A DNA stretch of 38,349 bases from a virus (lineage: Duplodnaviria > Caudoviricetes), in the IMG/VR virus record IMGVR_UViG_3300032373_000048, positions 1 to 38,349 of that record; one strand, written 5' to 3'. Below, piece by piece: positions 35,219 to 38,349 of the stretch. Made by a program: the position numbers and the translations under genes. The notes under the pieces are model-generated. The model did no database searches. It was not told where the DNA came from and worked only from the letters and a program-made list of their open reading frames with translations. How positions within the stretch are numbered: position 1 is the stretch's first letter; each line of letters opens with the position of its first letter.

Positions 35219-35629
35219 ATGCTGAACCTCCTATCTAGCCTGTGGGGCAAAGTCCTCATCATTGCGGCGGGGAGCGCATTTGCCCTAGCGGGCGCATTTT
35301 TTCTTCTGTTTCTTATGGCTCAGGGAGAGGCGTCAAGGGAACGCGCGGGGCGCGTCCTTGCAGAAGCCGCCAACGAGGCCAATCAAAACACAATCAAACT
35401 CATGCAGGACCATGCGGCGCGTGAGGCCATCATTCTGCGAAGACTGGACGAGCTACAAGCCGGGATCGCTCAAAATGCACAAGAACGGCGCGCTCAACTG
35501 GAACAACTAGCGAGAGACAACCCCAATGTTCAAGACGACCTTGATTATCGCTTCAGCCTTGATCTTGTCTGCCTGCGGGACGCCCAGAACGGTGTTACAA
35601 ACCCAGATTGCCCAACTGAAGATCAGTGA
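35219..35629 (+). CDS. Rz-like i-spanin
   Basis: N-terminal TM, long coiled coil, C-terminal Cys; overlapped by the lipoprotein gene. Confidence 0.8.
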   Translation: MLNLLSSLWGKVLIIAAGSAFALAGAFFLLFLMAQGEASRERAGRVLAEAANEANQNTIKLMQDHAAREAIILRRLDELQAGIAQNAQERRAQLEQLARDNPNVQDDLDYRFSLDLVCLRDAQNGVTNPDCPTEDQ

Positions 35630-35825
35630 GGCTCTATTGATAGCCTGTCGTCGCCCTGAAGGGCTCGTCAGCGAGCGCGGGACCGAAGAAGCATTCCACA
35701 ACTCTGACCAGTGGCGAACGGCCTTTGACAGCTGTTCTGCGCGACATGGCGAATTAGCGAATGCGGTGCGCTCGGCTCAAGAGACGGATCAGGGAGGCGG
35801 GAATGGCGCAGCCGATAACGATTAG
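35526..35825 (+). CDS. Rz1-like o-spanin lipoprotein (allele B)
   Basis: Lipobox LSAC; 104-nt overlap with the i-spanin. Confidence 0.8.
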   Translation: MFKTTLIIASALILSACGTPRTVLQTQIAQLKISEALLIACRRPEGLVSERGTEEAFHNSDQWRTAFDSCSARHGELANAVRSAQETDQGGGNGAADND

Positions 35826-36048
35826 CCTTGATTGGAAATGGCTTGTTGGCTTGGCGGCGGGCTTCTCGACCATAGCAGGCGGGGCCACAACCGGCGTCCT
35901 TATGCTCGACCGGCATATTGAGAGGGTCCACAATCGCATCGAATCGCGGGCCACGCTTGAGGCGCTTTGTTCCAAGGGCGAAACAGGCGATGAAGATTTG
36001 GACGCGGCACGAAGTCAGATGATTTCCGCGCTTGGGGGTTGCCCTTAA
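35803..36048 (+). CDS. Single-TM lysis-region membrane protein (allele B)
   Basis: Nearly identical protein to 277-522 despite many synonymous changes. Confidence 0.75.
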   Translation: MAQPITISLDWKWLVGLAAGFSTIAGGATTGVLMLDRHIERVHNRIESRATLEALCSKGETGDEDLDAARSQMISALGGCP

Positions 36049-37293
36049 ATGGTTACGCGCCCCTTCACGCCAGAGCAAATACAAGAAACATACGATGCTT
36101 ATGTGAAGGCGGGCGGAAGTGTCCGCGAGATGGCGAATCTCTTGGGTATGGCCCGGTCCAGCGTCCGCAATCGCCTCGACAAGATGGGGATTGACGAAGC
36201 CGATATTGAAATCCTTGAAGCCAATGTCAAACTCGCCAAAGCCAAGCAGAAGGGGCAAGACCTTAACCGCATTGAACGCAAGGCGTTTCGCGAACATGCC
36301 AGAATTGAAAACGCGGTCGCGGGATATGCGGAGCGGTTATGCGAATTACTGGAAAAACACGGCCTTCCATCGACTGACGGCCTGCCTCCGATTGACGCCA
36401 CGAGCGATGCGGTCGGCATTCTTCATCTAACAGACATTCATTTCAACGAAGTGGTCCGGCTGGCACAGAATGAATACGATTTCGAGATAGCGGGAAAGCG
36501 CCTGCGCAAATTGGTCCTAGAGGCCGCTTTAGTCTGGAAGGCCAAGAGTATCGGAAGTGTGCTTGTGGCTATCACTGGCGATCTGATGAACTCTGACAGG
36601 CGCTTGGATGAATTGCTTGCCAACCAGGATAACCGCGCACGCGCTACGATGGGCGCAGTGGACATTCTCAAGCAGCTTATTGACGATCTGAGTTGTCAAG
36701 GATTCCTTGTCACCTGTGCAGACGTGAACGGCAATGAAGGCCGGGTGGGAAAAGACATTGGCTGGGTGGCAAAGGTCGCCTCTGACAATTATGATGAGAC
36801 GATCTGCCGGATGCTCGAATATCTCTATCGGGACCACGGCGGGGTGACTTGGGTAGAGAATGACGACGCGACCGAATGCGTTGTGGAAGTCGCTGGGCAG
36901 AATATTCTTCTGATCCACGGCCACCAACTCGACAAGAACATGGAATCCGGCGTCGGCAAGCTGGTCAGTAAATACGCCAAGCGGGGCGTCATTATCCGCT
37001 ACACACTCTCAGGCCACATTCATTCGGCCTATATGAATGAGAATTTCGCCCGTTCCGGTTCGCCGGTAGGGGATAACGCATATTCAGACAAGGCCCTTAA
37101 TCTGACAGGGCGCGCATCCGGTGCATACTACACCGTAGAGCCTGACGGGTCCGTTCATGCGTCAATGGTAGACACGCAGAACGTAGACCACATCGAAGGC
37201 TATACCCCCCTCAAAGAGTATCAGGCATCTTGCCCTAAATCAGCCATCAAGGCGCAAGGCCAAGGCGTCACGATTTTCCAAGTGGTCGTCTAG
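36049..37293 (+). CDS. Calcineurin-like metallophosphoesterase with N-terminal HTH and coiled coil (allele B)
   Basis: DIH, GDLMN, GNEG, HGH, GHIH motifs. Confidence 0.85.
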   Translation: MVTRPFTPEQIQETYDAYVKAGGSVREMANLLGMARSSVRNRLDKMGIDEADIEILEANVKLAKAKQKGQDLNRIERKAFREHARIENAVAGYAERLCELLEKHGLPSTDGLPPIDATSDAVGILHLTDIHFNEVVRLAQNEYDFEIAGKRLRKLVLEAALVWKAKSIGSVLVAITGDLMNSDRRLDELLANQDNRARATMGAVDILKQLIDDLSCQGFLVTCADVNGNEGRVGKDIGWVAKVASDNYDETICRMLEYLYRDHGGVTWVENDDATECVVEVAGQNILLIHGHQLDKNMESGVGKLVSKYAKRGVIIRYTLSGHIHSAYMNENFARSGSPVGDNAYSDKALNLTGRASGAYYTVEPDGSVHASMVDTQNVDHIEGYTPLKEYQASCPKSAIKAQGQGVTIFQVVV

Positions 37294-37294
37294 C

Positions 37295-37324
37295 ACAACG
37301 TGCAATGTCAGCATGATTGGTTAG
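37295..37324 (+). pseudogene. Remnant 3' end of the allele-A metallophosphoesterase
   Basis: 28/30 nt match to 1666-1695; still reads TTCNVSMIG-stop. Confidence 0.8.
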
Positions 37325-37553
37325 GTGGCTTCAGCCCGCGCTTGAATTGTTCTGCTGCCCCGTCATCGGGGAGTATAGCCTCAACCTTTCCATCAACGTA
37401 TTCACCAGGCTCGCACTGTTCCTCTGCCTGTTCCCAGCTTTGAGCGATGACATGGCGAGAGAATATGCGCCCGCCTTTTTCGTGGATGATGGAATAAACA
37501 AGGCCAGCATATACGGCTTCAGGGTCATTGATGCGGGTGAGTGTGGCGGTCAT
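37308..37553 (-). CDS. Hypothetical protein, homolog of 2120-2338
   Basis: Shared core sequence; different termini. Confidence 0.8.
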   Translation of the reverse strand: MTATLTRINDPEAVYAGLVYSIIHEKGGRIFSRHVIAQSWEQAEEQCEPGEYVDGKVEAILPDDGAAEQFKRGLKPPNQSC

Positions 37554-38062
37554 GGCTTCACCTGTGATGGGTGAAACTCGCCTTCAGCCTCGCGGCGCGC
37601 TCGCGCTGCATCGTCTAAGTTGACGAACCGGCCCAAGTTGATTTGTTTCCCACTTTTGCGAATTTGAGCCTTCCATTTGCCCGCAAACTTATCAAAGCAC
37701 ACGCCATGAACGCCGCTCGTATTGGTTGCCAGAACCACATTGCGCTTATTTTGGCTTGCTGTGGCCTCTCGGAGATTGGCCGCGCGATTGTCTGTCTTGA
37801 CACGATTAATGTGGTCAATCTGCAATCCCGGCATAGGCCAGCGGTTATTGTGGATGGCAAAAGCGACGCGGTGCGTATAAATCTTTTGGCTCATAACCGT
37901 CATTTCTAGGTAGCCCCGGCAGGCCACGCCTATTGGCTTTGTCATGTTTCGGGCGCAAAAAAAGGTTTGACGCTTCCACCACAACAAACCGGTGTCCGGC
38001 TCGTATCTGACATCACGCAGAATGGCTTGAAGATTGGCTTTGGTTTCTTGTAGCCTAGCCAT
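37550..38062 (-). CDS. HNH-AP2 homing endonuclease
   Basis: Y.PDTG...W, HRVAF, IDHINR...DNR..NLREAT..QN..N, NTSG..GV......KW.AQI......I.LG.F.....AA.AR. Confidence 0.92.
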   Translation of the reverse strand: MARLQETKANLQAILRDVRYEPDTGLLWWKRQTFFCARNMTKPIGVACRGYLEMTVMSQKIYTHRVAFAIHNNRWPMPGLQIDHINRVKTDNRAANLREATASQNKRNVVLATNTSGVHGVCFDKFAGKWKAQIRKSGKQINLGRFVNLDDAARARREAEGEFHPSQVKP

Positions 38063-38277
38063 TGTCGGCCTCCTTAATTTGTGATCTAATCCAATCGGCT
38101 AGCATATTCGGCCCGTCGATCACGGTTGCACCGTCAATGCCTATATCCCATTCGACAGTCGCAGAACGCGACTCCACCAGTTTAGCCAGACGCTCGCGCT
38201 CTGCGGCCGCGCCAGCCTCAAATGCTTCGTTGGCTATGGCGTCGATGGTGGCTTGGTTTGTTACAATTTCAGTCATT
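38055..38277 (-). CDS. Hypothetical protein sharing its C-terminus with 2664-3035
   Basis: AAERERLAKL and WIRSQ shared; start taken as MTEIV (uncertain). Confidence 0.6.
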
Positions 38278-38349
38278 GGGCGAATATCTTCCAAGAATAT
38301 CGGGTCCGATACATCAGTGCCCATTGCCCGCAATTTTTCAGCGTCGGCT

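Larger units (their letters stand above)
1..35520. mobile_element. Putative complete circularly permuted phage genome (lambdoid organisation, P22-like podovirus head-tail module)
   Basis: Terminase, portal, capsid, ejection proteins, tailspike, lysis, recombination and replication modules each occur once; position 35521 restarts the sequence of position 1. Confidence 0.88.
35521..36048 (+). repeat. Direct repeat copy 2 (partner 1-522)
   Basis: 127-bp identity followed by diverged homology. Confidence 0.95.

Overview
The window holds an apparently complete ~35,520-bp tailed dsDNA phage genome (positions 1-35520), followed by ~2.8 kb (35521-38349) that re-enters the same locus as a different allele. 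The genome has a lambdoid gene order and a P22-like short-tailed virion module. GcrA-like and DnaA-C-like HTH genes and a GTA-type holin suggest an alphaproteobacterial host (inference). Layout: (1) leftward early operon, 9472 down to 1679: DUF6948-like protein, (Gly-X)43 repeat protein, Rad52/Sak recombinase, SSB, HicA-like fusion, YegP-like protein and many small ORFs; (2) back-to-back mirrored promoters with a Cro-like gene, but no recognisable CI repressor or integrase; (3) rightward operon with HNH nucleases, RusA, replication initiator and a Q-position regulator; (4) a structured non-coding late leader; (5) terminase, portal, scaffold, capsid, decoration protein, glycosyltransferase, adaptor, hub, ejection proteins and tailspike; (6) an expanded lysis cassette and a metallophosphoesterase. 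The best candidate for an undescribed system is the lysis cassette. It has a stand-alone membrane-anchored PAS-domain protein translationally coupled to the endolysin, extra membrane proteins, and a predicted antisense sRNA before the spanins. Other candidates are the DUF6948 plus Gly-X repeat pair and an array of tRNA-shaped RNAs. All family calls come from motif recognition by eye; no database search was run.
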